From Methanocaldococcus sp. 16A (GTDB lineage Archaea; AGJL01; Methanococci; Methanococcales; Methanocaldococcaceae): DNA of 64,000 nucleotides. Positions 19,911-30,277 of this stretch are shown here, piece after piece. Every line of letters begins with the position of its first letter. Within the stretch, counting starts at the first letter, position 1. The DNA lies in the NCBI GenBank assembly GCA_049860595.1, contig CP187551.1; one strand, written 5' to 3'. The notes under the pieces are model-generated. The model worked only from the letters and a program-made list of their open reading frames with translations, was not told the DNA's origin and did not search any database. Position numbers and translations under genes: made by a program.

Positions 19911-19946
19911 ATATATAAACCTTTCGGCATAAGGAAGTATAATTCC
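19911..19946. promoter_or_regulatory. NrpR operator (19933-19946) + BRE/TATA, abutting RBS of MBL gene
   Basis: ATATATAAACCTTTCGGCATAAGGAAGTATAATTCC. Confidence 0.75.
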
Positions 19947-19959
19947 GTGAGGTGATATT

Positions 19960-20556
19960 ATGATAAAACTTCTTTATAAGGGAGAACTTATAAGAGAAAA
20001 TGATGTAGTAAAGAAAGCGTCATCTTCAGTAACTTTAATACAAACAAAAAATCATAATATTATTGTAGATACTTCAACAAAAGATAAAAGGGAGTTAATT
20101 ATTGATGAATTAAAAAAATTAAACTTAGACCCAAAAGATATTGATGTAGTTATAAATACTCATAGACATCATGACCATATAGAAAATAATGATTTATTTG
20201 AAAATGCAAAGATTTATGCTTCTGCACAGGAATGTATTGTTGAATGTAAGGGATGTAAATTGTATTCAAATGTTGAAGATGTTGAGGAATTTATACCAAT
20301 TGAAAAATTTTATGATGATGAAATAACTATAATAAAAACTCCTGGGCACACTTATGGTAGTATATCTGTGGTTTATGAAGATTACGTTATTGTAGGAGAT
20401 GCAGCTCCTTTAAAGAATAATATTTTGGATGATATTCCTCCATCAATTATGGTAGATTATAGAGCAGCAAAAGGTAGCTTAAGAAGGATAAAATTATTAA
20501 AAAAGAATGTTATAACTGGACATGATGGTATTGTTTATAAAGAGGAGTTTCTTTAA
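19960..20556 (+). CDS. Metallo-beta-lactamase-fold hydrolase with extra Cys cluster
   Basis: THRHHDH, TPGHT, VGDA, TGHD; CxxxCxxC insert. Confidence 0.85.
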   Translation: MIKLLYKGELIRENDVVKKASSSVTLIQTKNHNIIVDTSTKDKRELIIDELKKLNLDPKDIDVVINTHRHHDHIENNDLFENAKIYASAQECIVECKGCKLYSNVEDVEEFIPIEKFYDDEITIIKTPGHTYGSISVVYEDYVIVGDAAPLKNNILDDIPPSIMVDYRAAKGSLRRIKLLKKNVITGHDGIVYKEEFL

Positions 20557-20650
20557 TAGGACTTTCGCAGGAATAAATTGTTTATTGAACATGGACACAT
20601 TTATTGTGTCTAACTTCCAAATTAATATATAAATCTGCGAAAGTCCTATT
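20555..20650. mobile_element. MITE-like palindromic element, family A (right border of nif/mod island)
   Basis: Perfect 16-bp TIR AATAGGACTTTCGCAG/CTGCGAAAGTCCTATT; central GACACA-TTTAT-TGTGTC. Confidence 0.88.
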
Positions 20651-20664
20651 TAATATTTCTAAAG

Positions 20665-21660
20665 CTAATTTTTAACCTTTAGCTTAGCCATAAATTTTTT
20701 TAGTTTAGAATTATCAATTTTTATTATGTATCCGCAAAGGATTCCGATAATGATTCCAGCAAAAATATCAAAAGGATAATGCACACCGACATAAACTCTG
20801 CTATAGGCTACAAGAATTGCCCAAATTAAAAACAATAATCCTATTTTTCTTGAAAGATGTAAGAGGGTTGTTGCTAACGTAAATGCTAAGGTAGTATGCC
20901 CACTTGGAAAACTTGGTTCATATCCTTCGTAGCATAACAAATGGACATTCTCTAAAACCAAATAAGGTCTTGGCTCATTTATCAAATATTTTAAAGAGAA
21001 TGCAATTACAGCAGCTAAAAATAAAACAAAAATTAGCTTTATCCCAAATTTTCTATTTTTTATTAAGATTATTAGAATTGTGATAGCAATTAATGGATAT
21101 ACGGTTTTAGAGATTATTGGCATAATTGTATCGAGGATAGAATTATAGTGAGAGTTTATTAAATAAAAAAGCCAAATATTAAACTCATTCAATTTATTTA
21201 CATTTCCTAAAATATCTCCAAAATAAGCTACAGCCAAAAATCTCGGTAATCTTCCAATTATTGTCCCAATTGTAAATAATAACTTATGCATTTCAAAAAT
21301 TCCTGAAAGCCATGCAATAACTTTATATGGCAATGGAGAAATACCTGCTATAATTACTCCATAAACACCATACTTGTTGAAAAACTCCTCTCCTTTATAT
21401 AGATATTTCTCTCCAAAGAGTTTTATAAATATTGGATGTCCCAATCTATCCCCCAAAAAATAGCCAAATAATCCTCCTAAGGTTGAGCCAATAGTAGCAA
21501 CTATCGCAGAAATTATTGGATTTAAACCAAAATAAGATGCTCCTATTATAAATACATCCGGTGGAATGGGCTGTATAACCGCCTCTGTAAATGATATTAT
21601 GAATATCCCAATGTATCCATAATTCATTACAAGTTGTTCAGCTATTGCATATAAATCCAT
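20665..21660 (-). CDS. DedA(VTT)-PAP2 phosphatase fusion membrane protein
   Basis: [12 protein letters not shown]...PLPYK (DedA); [27 protein letters not shown] (PAP2). Confidence 0.85.
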   Translation of the reverse strand: MDLYAIAEQLVMNYGYIGIFIISFTEAVIQPIPPDVFIIGASYFGLNPIISAIVATIGSTLGGLFGYFLGDRLGHPIFIKLFGEKYLYKGEEFFNKYGVYGVIIAGISPLPYKVIAWLSGIFEMHKLLFTIGTIIGRLPRFLAVAYFGDILGNVNKLNEFNIWLFYLINSHYNSILDTIMPIISKTVYPLIAITILIILIKNRKFGIKLIFVLFLAAVIAFSLKYLINEPRPYLVLENVHLLCYEGYEPSFPSGHTTLAFTLATTLLHLSRKIGLLFLIWAILVAYSRVYVGVHYPFDIFAGIIIGILCGYIIKIDNSKLKKFMAKLKVKN

Positions 21661-21695
21661 AAATAGCCCTCCAGTGTAATTATTGTAAGGCAAAC

Positions 21696-22220
21696 TTATT
21701 TTAATCTTATTGGATCCCAAGTTTCAATAAATCTATCAATAATTTTATCAAGAAAGCTTTCTCTGTAGGTTATTAAGATATTAACAATCTTTTCAGGATT
21801 TTTAATTTTAAAGAAACTTTCTCTTCCTATTTTTTCTTTCTCAACAATCCCTGCATTTATTAAATTATTTAAATGCCAAGATACTGTTGATGGTGATAGG
21901 TTTAAGTCTTTTGCAATGTTTTTGTTATTAGTAGATTCTCTGCTCAATAAATATAAAATAATATATCTTGATGTCCTTCTTCTTAAGAATGACATTATCT
22001 TTTTTTCATTTTCATCTAATTGGCAGTCTTTTGGAAAATATCTTACATAACCGCCATCATTTTCAGATTTTATTAGGTTTTTCTTTTCTAAATATTGGAG
22101 ATGATATTGTAAATTACCAGTGGCTATGTTTAATTTTCTTTCTAATTCTCTAAAATGAATTCCTGGATGTTTTTTTATTAAGTTGTATATCTTTCTTCTT
22201 AACTCAAGCTCTAACTCCAT
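21696..22220 (-). CDS. Double winged-HTH (ArsR-like) transcription regulator
   Basis: [17 protein letters not shown]; [17 protein letters not shown]. Confidence 0.85.
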   Translation of the reverse strand: MELELELRRKIYNLIKKHPGIHFRELERKLNIATGNLQYHLQYLEKKNLIKSENDGGYVRYFPKDCQLDENEKKIMSFLRRRTSRYIILYLLSRESTNNKNIAKDLNLSPSTVSWHLNNLINAGIVEKEKIGRESFFKIKNPEKIVNILITYRESFLDKIIDRFIETWDPIRLK

Positions 22221-22227
22221 ATTTTCC

Positions 22228-22515
22228 CTACTTATCCATAACTATCGCCATGAAAAATAATGCCAATATTATAAAATCAAGTAAATTAGCAAAAATTTCA
22301 ATAAACTCTCCTTTTTGTGGAATAAAAATATCTGAAACTTTTAGAAATCCTTTCAATGCATAAAAAAAGAAAGCCATTGATACTAAAAAAAGCTTTTTTC
22401 TACGTTCTCTATGGTATGCAATTATAGATATGGTGAATATTAAAAGTGCAAGAATACTTGATAGTAATCTTATTATCTCATCAACATCGGCAACCACTAT
22501 AAACACCTCATTCAC
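22228..22515 (-). CDS. Small 3-TM membrane protein
   Basis: Three hydrophobic segments; GTG start. Confidence 0.7.
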   Translation of the reverse strand: MNEVFIVVADVDEIIRLLSSILALLIFTISIIAYHRERRKKLFLVSMAFFFYALKGFLKVSDIFIPQKGEFIEIFANLLDFIILALFFMAIVMDK

Positions 22516-22629
22516 ACAATTAAAAGATAAAAAATCAAAAATTGTTAATATAGTTTAGTTTAAATAAATCTTTTGGTTCAAAAATCGAATAATTCACCAA
22601 TAAAAAAATAAAAGTAAATTTTAAATTGT

Positions 22630-23076
22630 TTATTGCTCATTTATGCTATCGTTATTTTCTTCTTGTATGTTATCATCGTTTGTTTCTTTATCATTATCTG
22701 TTTTGTCATCATTTGTTTCTTTATCGTTTTCTATTTCATTTTCTTTTTCATTGCCGTCCTCAATCTTTAATATTTCCCCGTTTTTAGCATCCACTTTAAC
22801 ATCTTTTATACCGTTAGATGTTGAGATTTCTACACCATACACAATATTACCATCTTCATTTTCAAGCTCCACTTTAACAACTTTTCCTGGAACTTTTGAA
22901 AGTGCTATACTCTTTGCATCTTCTTCTGATATTTTTGCATATTTTGCAAGAATAACATTTTCAGAGGAATCTTCAGAATTTAATGTAGTAGTCTGTGTAT
23001 ATGTAGTGGCAAATACTGCTCCAACTCCCAATAGAGCTATTGATAGTAGTATAGCAAAGAACTTTTTAAATTCCAT
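22630..23076 (-). CDS. Secreted PepSY-domain protein with acidic repeat tail
   Basis: Signal peptide; ISEEDAKSIALSKVPGKVVKVELENEDG..VYGVEI...VKVDAKNGEIL; NDKETNDD x2. Confidence 0.85.
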   Translation of the reverse strand: MEFKKFFAILLSIALLGVGAVFATTYTQTTTLNSEDSSENVILAKYAKISEEDAKSIALSKVPGKVVKVELENEDGNIVYGVEISTSNGIKDVKVDAKNGEILKIEDGNEKENEIENDKETNDDKTDNDKETNDDNIQEENNDSINEQ

Positions 23077-23299
23077 ATTTCCACCAATTTTAAATTTTTT
23101 GCGTGTTTCATTGGAGCCACTCTAAGTGACTCCACTATTATCTGTATTTATCTACTAATAAATTGTTTTTGGTTCAAAACTCAAAGATTAGTACAATTTT
23201 AGAAGAATATGGTTTCTTAGATTGAATTATGGTAGGTGGATAAAATTTTATATATTGAATTTTCATAATCTATTTTAACAAAAATCTAAAAAATTAAAA

Positions 23300-24538
23300 A
23301 TGGAGGGAGGGAGAATTAAAAGAAGAGCACTTTTAGTTTTAAGAAAAGATAGTAAGTTTGACAATAAAAGTATAGAAGAACTAAAAGAATTGGCTGAAGT
23401 CCTTTACAATCCAATAAAAACAGTAGTCCAAATAAGAAAGCCGGACCCAAAATATCAAATTGGTAGTGGATTAGTAGAGAGAATAGCTGAAAAAATTAAA
23501 GAGGAGAATATAGACATTGTTATAGTTGGGAATCAGCTAACACCTTCACAAAAATATAACTTGGCTAAGAAATTTAAGGTTGAAGTTATTGATAAGATTG
23601 AACTTGTTTTGAGAATATTTTATAAGCATGCGAGAACTAAAGAAGCTCAATTACAAGTTAGATTGGCAGAGTTGCAGTATGAATTGCCAAGAGCGAGGGA
23701 AATGGTTAGGTTAGCTAAGATGGGGGAGCAACCAGGATTTGGAGGATATGGAGATTATGAAGTTGAAAAATACTATCAGAAAGTAAAGAGGGAAATTTCA
23801 AGTATAAAGAAGAAATTAGAAAAGCTTAGAGAACATAGAAGGATAACAAGAAAGAGCAGAGAGAAATTTGATTCAGTAGGTTTGATTGGGTATACAAACG
23901 CAGGAAAAACAAGTTTATTAAATGCTCTAACTGGAGAAAGCAAAGAATCAAAAAATCAAGTTTTTACAACATTAACTACCACAACAAGGGCTATAAAGGG
24001 CATTAAAAGGAAGATATTAGTTACTGACACAGTTGGATTTATCGATGATTTGCCACCATTTATGATTGAGGCATTTTTATCAACAATTGAGGAAAGTGCA
24101 GATAGTGATTTAATTTTGATTGTTGTAGATGCATCTGATGATATTGAAGAAATTAAAAGAAAATTAAAGGTAAATCATGAAATTCTAAGTAAAATTAATT
24201 GCAAATCACCAATAATAACTGTATTTAACAAAGTAGATAAAATTACAGAAGAAAAAAAGAAAAAGATTTTGGAGGAATTGAATAGATACATTGTAAATCC
24301 AATATTTGTTTCTGCAAAATATAATATAAATATTGATTTGTTAATTGAGAAAATTATTGATAATTTAAACTTATCAATAGGAACAATAGAGACAAACAAT
24401 CCAAAACTCATATCTTATTTATATGAGAATACTGAGATTATTGAAGACATTTTAGATGAAGATAAACACATAATAACATTTAGAGCTAAAGAAAGAGATG
24501 TAAATAGAATTTTAAAGTTGTATAAAACTACAGCATAA
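23300..24538 (+). CDS. hflX: GTPase HflX
   Basis: EAQLQVRLAELQY, GYTNAGKTS, FTTL, DTVGF, NKVD. Confidence 0.93.
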   Translation: MEGGRIKRRALLVLRKDSKFDNKSIEELKELAEVLYNPIKTVVQIRKPDPKYQIGSGLVERIAEKIKEENIDIVIVGNQLTPSQKYNLAKKFKVEVIDKIELVLRIFYKHARTKEAQLQVRLAELQYELPRAREMVRLAKMGEQPGFGGYGDYEVEKYYQKVKREISSIKKKLEKLREHRRITRKSREKFDSVGLIGYTNAGKTSLLNALTGESKESKNQVFTTLTTTTRAIKGIKRKILVTDTVGFIDDLPPFMIEAFLSTIEESADSDLILIVVDASDDIEEIKRKLKVNHEILSKINCKSPIITVFNKVDKITEEKKKKILEELNRYIVNPIFVSAKYNINIDLLIEKIIDNLNLSIGTIETNNPKLISYLYENTEIIEDILDEDKHIITFRAKERDVNRILKLYKTTA

Positions 24539-24550
24539 ATTTTTTAGGTG

Positions 24551-25399
24551 ATGAGGTTGGATGTATTAAAAAATTTACCTATTACAGACAATCATATCCA
24601 TGTTGATGATAAAAATGGATATGGAGCTGAGAAAGTTGCTAAAACATTCTATAATGCTGGAGGAAAGGTGATGATAGTTTTAAATAAACCAACATTTGAT
24701 GGGGATTTAACAAAATCAATGGATGTATTGGTTAAAGATGTAGAGAGAATAAATAAAAACACACCTGTTAAGGCTTTTGGTTTAGTTGGAGTACATCCTG
24801 CTGAATTAACATATTTAATAAAATTTATAAGCTTAGATAAAGCAAAACAAAAGATTATTGATGCCTTAAATTATGCAAAAAAGCTTATTGAGGAGAATGA
24901 TTTTATTGTTGGTATTGGAGAGGTTGGAAGGCCACATTATAATGTAGATGAAAATGTTTGGAAAGTTTCAAATGAGATTTTAAAATATTGCATGTGTTTA
25001 GCCAAAGATTTAGATTGTGCTATACAAATTCACGCAGAGAGTTCTACAGAAGAGCAATTTAAAGAATTTTCTGAAATGGCTAAAGAAGTTAATTTAAATC
25101 CTGAAAGAGTTGTAAAACATCACTGTGGGGATATGGTGGTAGAGGGAGAGAAGTATGGAATATTTCCATCAATTTTAGCTTCAAGAGTAAATGAAGATAT
25201 TATTAAAAAATCTCTAAGGTTTGTTATGGAAACTGACTACATAGATGATTTAAAGAGACCCGGTGTTGTTTTGGGAATAAAAACAGTTCCAAGAGTTACA
25301 AGAAAATTAATTGAAAAGGGGATTTTAAATGAAGAGATGATTTATAAAATTCATAAAGAGAATATAGAAAAGATTTACAATATAGATTTAGAATTTTAA
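24551..25399 (+). CDS. TatD-like amidohydrolase-fold protein
   Basis: DNHIH, GVHP, GIGEVGRPH, IHAE, METD. Confidence 0.85.
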   Translation: MRLDVLKNLPITDNHIHVDDKNGYGAEKVAKTFYNAGGKVMIVLNKPTFDGDLTKSMDVLVKDVERINKNTPVKAFGLVGVHPAELTYLIKFISLDKAKQKIIDALNYAKKLIEENDFIVGIGEVGRPHYNVDENVWKVSNEILKYCMCLAKDLDCAIQIHAESSTEEQFKEFSEMAKEVNLNPERVVKHHCGDMVVEGEKYGIFPSILASRVNEDIIKKSLRFVMETDYIDDLKRPGVVLGIKTVPRVTRKLIEKGILNEEMIYKIHKENIEKIYNIDLEF

Positions 25400-25405
25400 C
25401 TTTAT

Positions 25406-25699
25406 TTACTCTTTATCTTTTTCTTTTAACATTTCATTAATCTCTTTTTCCATCATGTGTCCTTCAACAACAACTTCTACACTTTTAACTCCTTCTAATG
25501 ATTTAACAGCATCTTTTGCTTGAAATGCCATTCCTAAGACGCTCATACACGCTGGATTAGTTGGAATTAATTTAAATTTAACATTTCCTTCATCATCAAC
25601 TTCTAAATCTCTAACTAAGCCCATATCTACAATACTAATTCCCATGTGTGGGTCTGCAACTGTTTTTAAAGCCTTTATAACATCTTCTTTGGTTACCAC
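25406..25699 (-). CDS. DUF59/SufT-like metal-sulfur cluster assembly factor
   Basis: ALKTVADP...SIVDMGLV...TNPAC. Confidence 0.85.
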   Translation of the reverse strand: MVTKEDVIKALKTVADPHMGISIVDMGLVRDLEVDDEGNVKFKLIPTNPACMSVLGMAFQAKDAVKSLEGVKSVEVVVEGHMMEKEINEMLKEKDKE

Positions 25700-25810
25700 A
25701 TTTACACCTCAAAAGTTTTTTAAATCAATCGAATAATTTTTAGTATTAATTCATCTTATAAATATCTATTTAACTGCATTTATACTCTTTTTTACACATA
25801 AGTGGAAAAA

Positions 25811-27418
25811 TCATTCCACATATCTCGCTCTCTTTTCAACATCTTTCATCAAATCTAATATAATTTCCCATCTATCATAGACGCTTTTATAACCTTCTAA
25901 GAATTTATCCCAAATTTCCTGAAACTTTTCATGGTGTGTTGATAACACAGCTTTTTTAAAGACTATTAAATCAACAGCTTTATCCTCATCAAGATTTGAA
26001 ATCTTTCCTAAACCAAAGTCAATAATATAGAGATTTCCATCATATAAAAAGTTAGATGTGGTTAAATCATTATGAATTATATCATTTTTATGTAATTTTC
26101 CAACGATTTCTCCAATTTTATAGGCGATATCTAAGTTATCTTCAATAACATCTTTAGCTAATTTTCCATTAATATAGCTCATCATAATTCTTTTATTGTA
26201 TAAATCAACATCAAAGATGTATGGTGCTGGGATGCCAAAATCTTTAACCATTGCTAAATATCTTGCCTCTCTTGCTGTTCTACTTTTTCTTATCTTCTCA
26301 TCTAATCTCTCATCTCTATAGCTTTTTTTAACCCTCTCTTTTATTATAACATCAAAATCCAAATACTTATCTTTTTTAATATCTGCCTCTGCCCCTTTGC
26401 CAATTAAATGTTCTGGAATCTTCCTCTCTTTACCTTTAATTTCTTTTATCCAATTAACTTCAACCATATCAGTCCTATAGTTTGGAATTACCTTTGTTTC
26501 ATCTAAACTCATAAATTTTCCATTTTTATGCATTAACAAACCAAGCCATGCAATCATAGCTCCATTATCTCCACAAAATTCTTTTGGTGGCACATAGAAC
26601 TCTACATTCTGCCCTTCACACATTGCTTTTAACATATCTCTCAATCTGTTATTTGCCGCAACACCACCAACAAGCATAACCTCTCCTTTATTTGTGTGAG
26701 CTAAAGCTCTTTCAGTTATTTCAGTAAGCATTGAGAATGCATATTCTTGTAGAGAATAGCAGATATCCTCCAATCTCTCTCCAGCGTCATAAGCCCTCAT
26801 AGCGGCAGTTAATAAACCTGAAAAGGCGATGTCCATTCCTTTAACTGTATATGGCAAATCAATTAATTTTTTTCCTTTCTTTGCTAATTCCTCTATATAA
26901 GGTCCCCCAGGATGTGGAAGATTTATATATCTTGCAAACTGGTCTAAGCAGTTACCAACGGCTATATCTAATGTCTCTCCAAAGACCCTATATTTTTTTG
27001 AAACATAAGCTATAACTTGAGTGTTTCCTCCACTAACATATAGGGTTAGAGGGTCTTCAGCTTCAGTAGTTAATTTACCAATTTCTATATGAGCTATGCA
27101 GTGATTAACTCCAATTATTGGTTTTTTTAATGTTAAAGAGAGAGTTCTTGCTACTGTTGCAGTTACTCTTAAACTTGGCCCTAATCCTGGACCTTGAGAA
27201 AAGGCAATCAAATCAATCTCATTTTTATCTACAACTTCAAAAGCCTCTTTTATAAGCTTAGGAAATGTTTCAGCATGATGGTCAGCGGCTTCTCTTGGAT
27301 TAATTCCTTGTTTTGGAGGTTTATACAATATAGTTTTGTTAAATAAAACTTCTCCATCTGAAGTAACAATTCCTACTCCAGTTTTTTCTGCAGTTCCTTC
27401 TAATCCTAAACAAATCAT
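25811..27418 (-). CDS. kae1: Bifunctional Kae1-Bud32 (t6A synthesis, KEOPS)
   Basis: GLEGTA, NHCIAH, SGGNTQ, DNGAMIA; kinase [17 protein letters not shown]. Confidence 0.95.
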   Translation of the reverse strand: MICLGLEGTAEKTGVGIVTSDGEVLFNKTILYKPPKQGINPREAADHHAETFPKLIKEAFEVVDKNEIDLIAFSQGPGLGPSLRVTATVARTLSLTLKKPIIGVNHCIAHIEIGKLTTEAEDPLTLYVSGGNTQVIAYVSKKYRVFGETLDIAVGNCLDQFARYINLPHPGGPYIEELAKKGKKLIDLPYTVKGMDIAFSGLLTAAMRAYDAGERLEDICYSLQEYAFSMLTEITERALAHTNKGEVMLVGGVAANNRLRDMLKAMCEGQNVEFYVPPKEFCGDNGAMIAWLGLLMHKNGKFMSLDETKVIPNYRTDMVEVNWIKEIKGKERKIPEHLIGKGAEADIKKDKYLDFDVIIKERVKKSYRDERLDEKIRKSRTAREARYLAMVKDFGIPAPYIFDVDLYNKRIMMSYINGKLAKDVIEDNLDIAYKIGEIVGKLHKNDIIHNDLTTSNFLYDGNLYIIDFGLGKISNLDEDKAVDLIVFKKAVLSTHHEKFQEIWDKFLEGYKSVYDRWEIILDLMKDVEKRARYVE

Positions 27419-27523
27419 AGTATCACTCAAATTGAAAGATTTTATCTTTAAAAAATAGTTAATATACATTCAATAATATAGTGGCATCCTTAAAAAAGTT
27501 TAAAAAAGTTTTATTTTAAAAAT

Positions 27524-28456
27524 TTATTCAAATTCAATGGTTGCTGGTGGTTTGTCAGTTATGTCAAACACAACTCTTGCTACATTAGGTATTTCTGAAG
27601 TGATTCTTTTACTAATTCTTTTTAACAAATCAAAAGGAATCTCTGGAACATGGGCAGTCATTGCATCTAAAGATTTAACCATCCTTAAAGCAACAATCCA
27701 GTTGTATTCCCTTTCATCTCCTTTAACTCCCGTAGCTTTGCAATCTAAAACAACAGCAAAATATTGCCATAAATCTTTATCTAAATTAGCTTTTTTAACT
27801 TCTTCTTCAACTATTGCGTTTGCCTCCCTGCAGATGTTTAATTTTTCTTCTGTAACCTCTCCTAAGACTCTAACAGCCAATCCAGGACCTGGGAATGGTT
27901 GCCTATAGACAATACTATCTGGCAATCCCAATTCCTTAGCTAATAATCTAACCTCATCTTTGTATAGCTCTCTCAATGGCTCAACAACTTCCAAAACCAT
28001 TCCATGAGGCAAAGCTACATTGTGATGGCTCTTTATATTTCCTTTTGTTTCAATCCAATCTGGGGCTATAGTTCCCTGAACTAAAACCTCTGCTTTAATT
28101 TCTTCAGCAATCTCTTCAAAAACATCAATAAATAACTTTCCTATAATCTTTCTTTTCTCTTCTGGGTCTGTAACTCCTCTTAAAGCATTTAAAAATCTAT
28201 CTTTTGCATCAACAACTATTAAATTTAATCCTAATTTATCTCTAAATGTTTTTTCAACTTCTTCCCTCTCTCCTTTTCTCATTAATCCAGTATCTACAAA
28301 TACAGCAGTTAGCTTATCTCCAATAGCTTTGTGGGTTAAGACGGCAGCAACAGAGCTATCCACTCCTCCACTTAAAGCAATTATTGCTTTTCTATCACCA
28401 ATTTGTTGTTTTATCTCTTTTACAGCCTCTTCAATAAATTTCTGTGGGTTAAACAT
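27524..28456 (-). CDS. guaAB: GMP synthase subunit B (ATP pyrophosphatase)
   Basis: [35 protein letters not shown]. Confidence 0.95.
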   Translation of the reverse strand: MFNPQKFIEEAVKEIKQQIGDRKAIIALSGGVDSSVAAVLTHKAIGDKLTAVFVDTGLMRKGEREEVEKTFRDKLGLNLIVVDAKDRFLNALRGVTDPEEKRKIIGKLFIDVFEEIAEEIKAEVLVQGTIAPDWIETKGNIKSHHNVALPHGMVLEVVEPLRELYKDEVRLLAKELGLPDSIVYRQPFPGPGLAVRVLGEVTEEKLNICREANAIVEEEVKKANLDKDLWQYFAVVLDCKATGVKGDEREYNWIVALRMVKSLDAMTAHVPEIPFDLLKRISKRITSEIPNVARVVFDITDKPPATIEFE

Positions 28457-28499
28457 AAAGATATCACCTTTAAATTATTTTAAATATGACTAAAGTATT

Positions 28500-28555
28500 T
28501 ATGATGCTAAAAGTATCACTTTGTATTTAAAAATTTTTCCTGCGAAAGTTCTATT
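28500..28555. mobile_element. Truncated family A element
   Basis: Single TIR CTGCGAAAGTTCTATT plus TGATGCT-AAA-AGTATCA hairpin. Confidence 0.6.
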
Positions 28556-28557
28556 AA

Positions 28558-28917
28558 TTATTTTTCTTCTTTCTCAACATTTTCACCATTATTTTCATCT
28601 TCTTCTAATATAATAATGTTTTTCTTACAGCTGTTTAGATGTTTAAAAGCATTTTCTTCAAGTTTTTTAGCTAAATTTTTTGGAACATTATCCATATTAT
28701 TAGCCAAATAACTGGCTACACAGGCAGATAATAGTAATATAGCAGCTTTTTGTTCACTTTTAAGTCGATGAATATGATGGGGTTTAATATCTAAAGTTTC
28801 ATAGATTTCGAATAATTTTTTGCATTCATTATTTGTATTTTCAAAATCATCGTTTATAATTTCTTTTACAACATAAACAAAAAATTGATGAAGTTTCATT
28901 AACTGTTCTTTGTGCAT
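28558..28917 (-). CDS. UPF0058 family protein
   Basis: MHKEQLMKLHQ...I.PHHIHRLKSEQKAAI. Confidence 0.75.
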   Translation of the reverse strand: MHKEQLMKLHQFFVYVVKEIINDDFENTNNECKKLFEIYETLDIKPHHIHRLKSEQKAAILLLSACVASYLANNMDNVPKNLAKKLEENAFKHLNSCKKNIIILEEDENNGENVEKEEK

Positions 28918-29005
28918 GTTATCACTTTAAATATTAAAGAAGAAATTTAAAACTTAAGATTAATAATAAAATTGGCTAAGAAATATATAAAATTTTGGTG
29001 AGATT

Positions 29006-30277
29006 ATGAGAGATATTATTAATAAGCTTAGCCCCATTATAATAGAAAAAGCTGACAAAAGGTTTGGAGTTTCAAGAATATTAAAGAAGTATGATGGAAA
29101 GCCAGTGTATATAAAAGACGTAAATGGATTTGAGGTTGTAGGAAATCTCTGCAGTAGAGAAACTCTCTCAAAGATTTTTAATGTAAAGAAAGAGGATTTT
29201 ATATTCTTTATGATAGATGCAATGGAAAAAGAAAAAGAAGGGATATTAAAGATAAATAACAAATTGAAAGAAAAATACATTATTGAAAGTCCAGAGAAGA
29301 TTAAGAATTGGCCTATTCCAATCTATTATGAAAAAGATGCCGGACCTTATATAACAAGTGGTGTTGTTGTTGTAAATGATAAAGATTATGGTTGTAATTT
29401 ATCAATCCATAGGATTTTGGTTAAAGACAATCATTTAGTTATAAGAATGGTTGAGCAGAGGCATTTACACTTTTTATATACTAACGCAATAAAAGAGAAA
29501 GGTTATTTAGATGTGGCTATAATTATAGGGGTTCATCCAGCTGTTTTGTTAGCTGGCTCTACTTCAGCAGATATAACATTTGATGAGCTTAAATTTGCAG
29601 CTGCTTTGTTGGGTGGAGAAATAGAGGTATTTGAGCTAAATAACGGTTTATTAGTACCAGAGGCAGAGTTTATTATTGAGGGAAAAATATTGCCAGAAAT
29701 GGATGATGAAGGGCCTTTTGTGGATATAACTGGAACTTATGATATTGTTAGGAAGCAGCCAATAATTAAAATTGAAAGATTGTATAGAAAAGAAAAGCCA
29801 ATATTTCATGCTCTATTGCCAGGAGGAATTGAGCATAAGACATTGATGGGTATGCCTCAAGAGCCGAGAATTTTAAAAGGAGTAAGAAATACTGTTCCAA
29901 CAGTGAAGAATGTTGTTTTAACTGAAGGAGGCTGCTGTTGGCTTCATGCTGTAGTGCAAATAGAAAAAAGAACAGAAGGAGATGGAAAAAATGCTATATT
30001 GGCAGCTTTTGCATCACATCCAAGTTTAAAACATGTAGTTGTTGTTGATGATGACATAAATATTTTTGATATAAATGATGTTGAGTATGCAATAGCTACA
30101 AGGGTGCAAGGAGATAAAGACATTGTTATAATCCCTGGAGCAAAAGGTTCATCTTTAGACCCTTCAAGTGATTTAAAAAATAAATTAACTGCAAAAGTAG
30201 GGATAGATGCAACAATGAGCTTAGTTAAAGGAAAAGAGCATTTTGAAAGGGCTAAGATTCCTGATGATTTAGAATGA
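29006..30277 (+). CDS. UbiD-family decarboxylase (probable anhydromevalonate-phosphate decarboxylase)
   Basis: DAGPYIT, NLSIHR, EGPFVDITG, VVVDDDI, AIATR. Confidence 0.8.
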   Translation: MRDIINKLSPIIIEKADKRFGVSRILKKYDGKPVYIKDVNGFEVVGNLCSRETLSKIFNVKKEDFIFFMIDAMEKEKEGILKINNKLKEKYIIESPEKIKNWPIPIYYEKDAGPYITSGVVVVNDKDYGCNLSIHRILVKDNHLVIRMVEQRHLHFLYTNAIKEKGYLDVAIIIGVHPAVLLAGSTSADITFDELKFAAALLGGEIEVFELNNGLLVPEAEFIIEGKILPEMDDEGPFVDITGTYDIVRKQPIIKIERLYRKEKPIFHALLPGGIEHKTLMGMPQEPRILKGVRNTVPTVKNVVLTEGGCCWLHAVVQIEKRTEGDGKNAILAAFASHPSLKHVVVVDDDINIFDINDVEYAIATRVQGDKDIVIIPGAKGSSLDPSSDLKNKLTAKVGIDATMSLVKGKEHFERAKIPDDLE

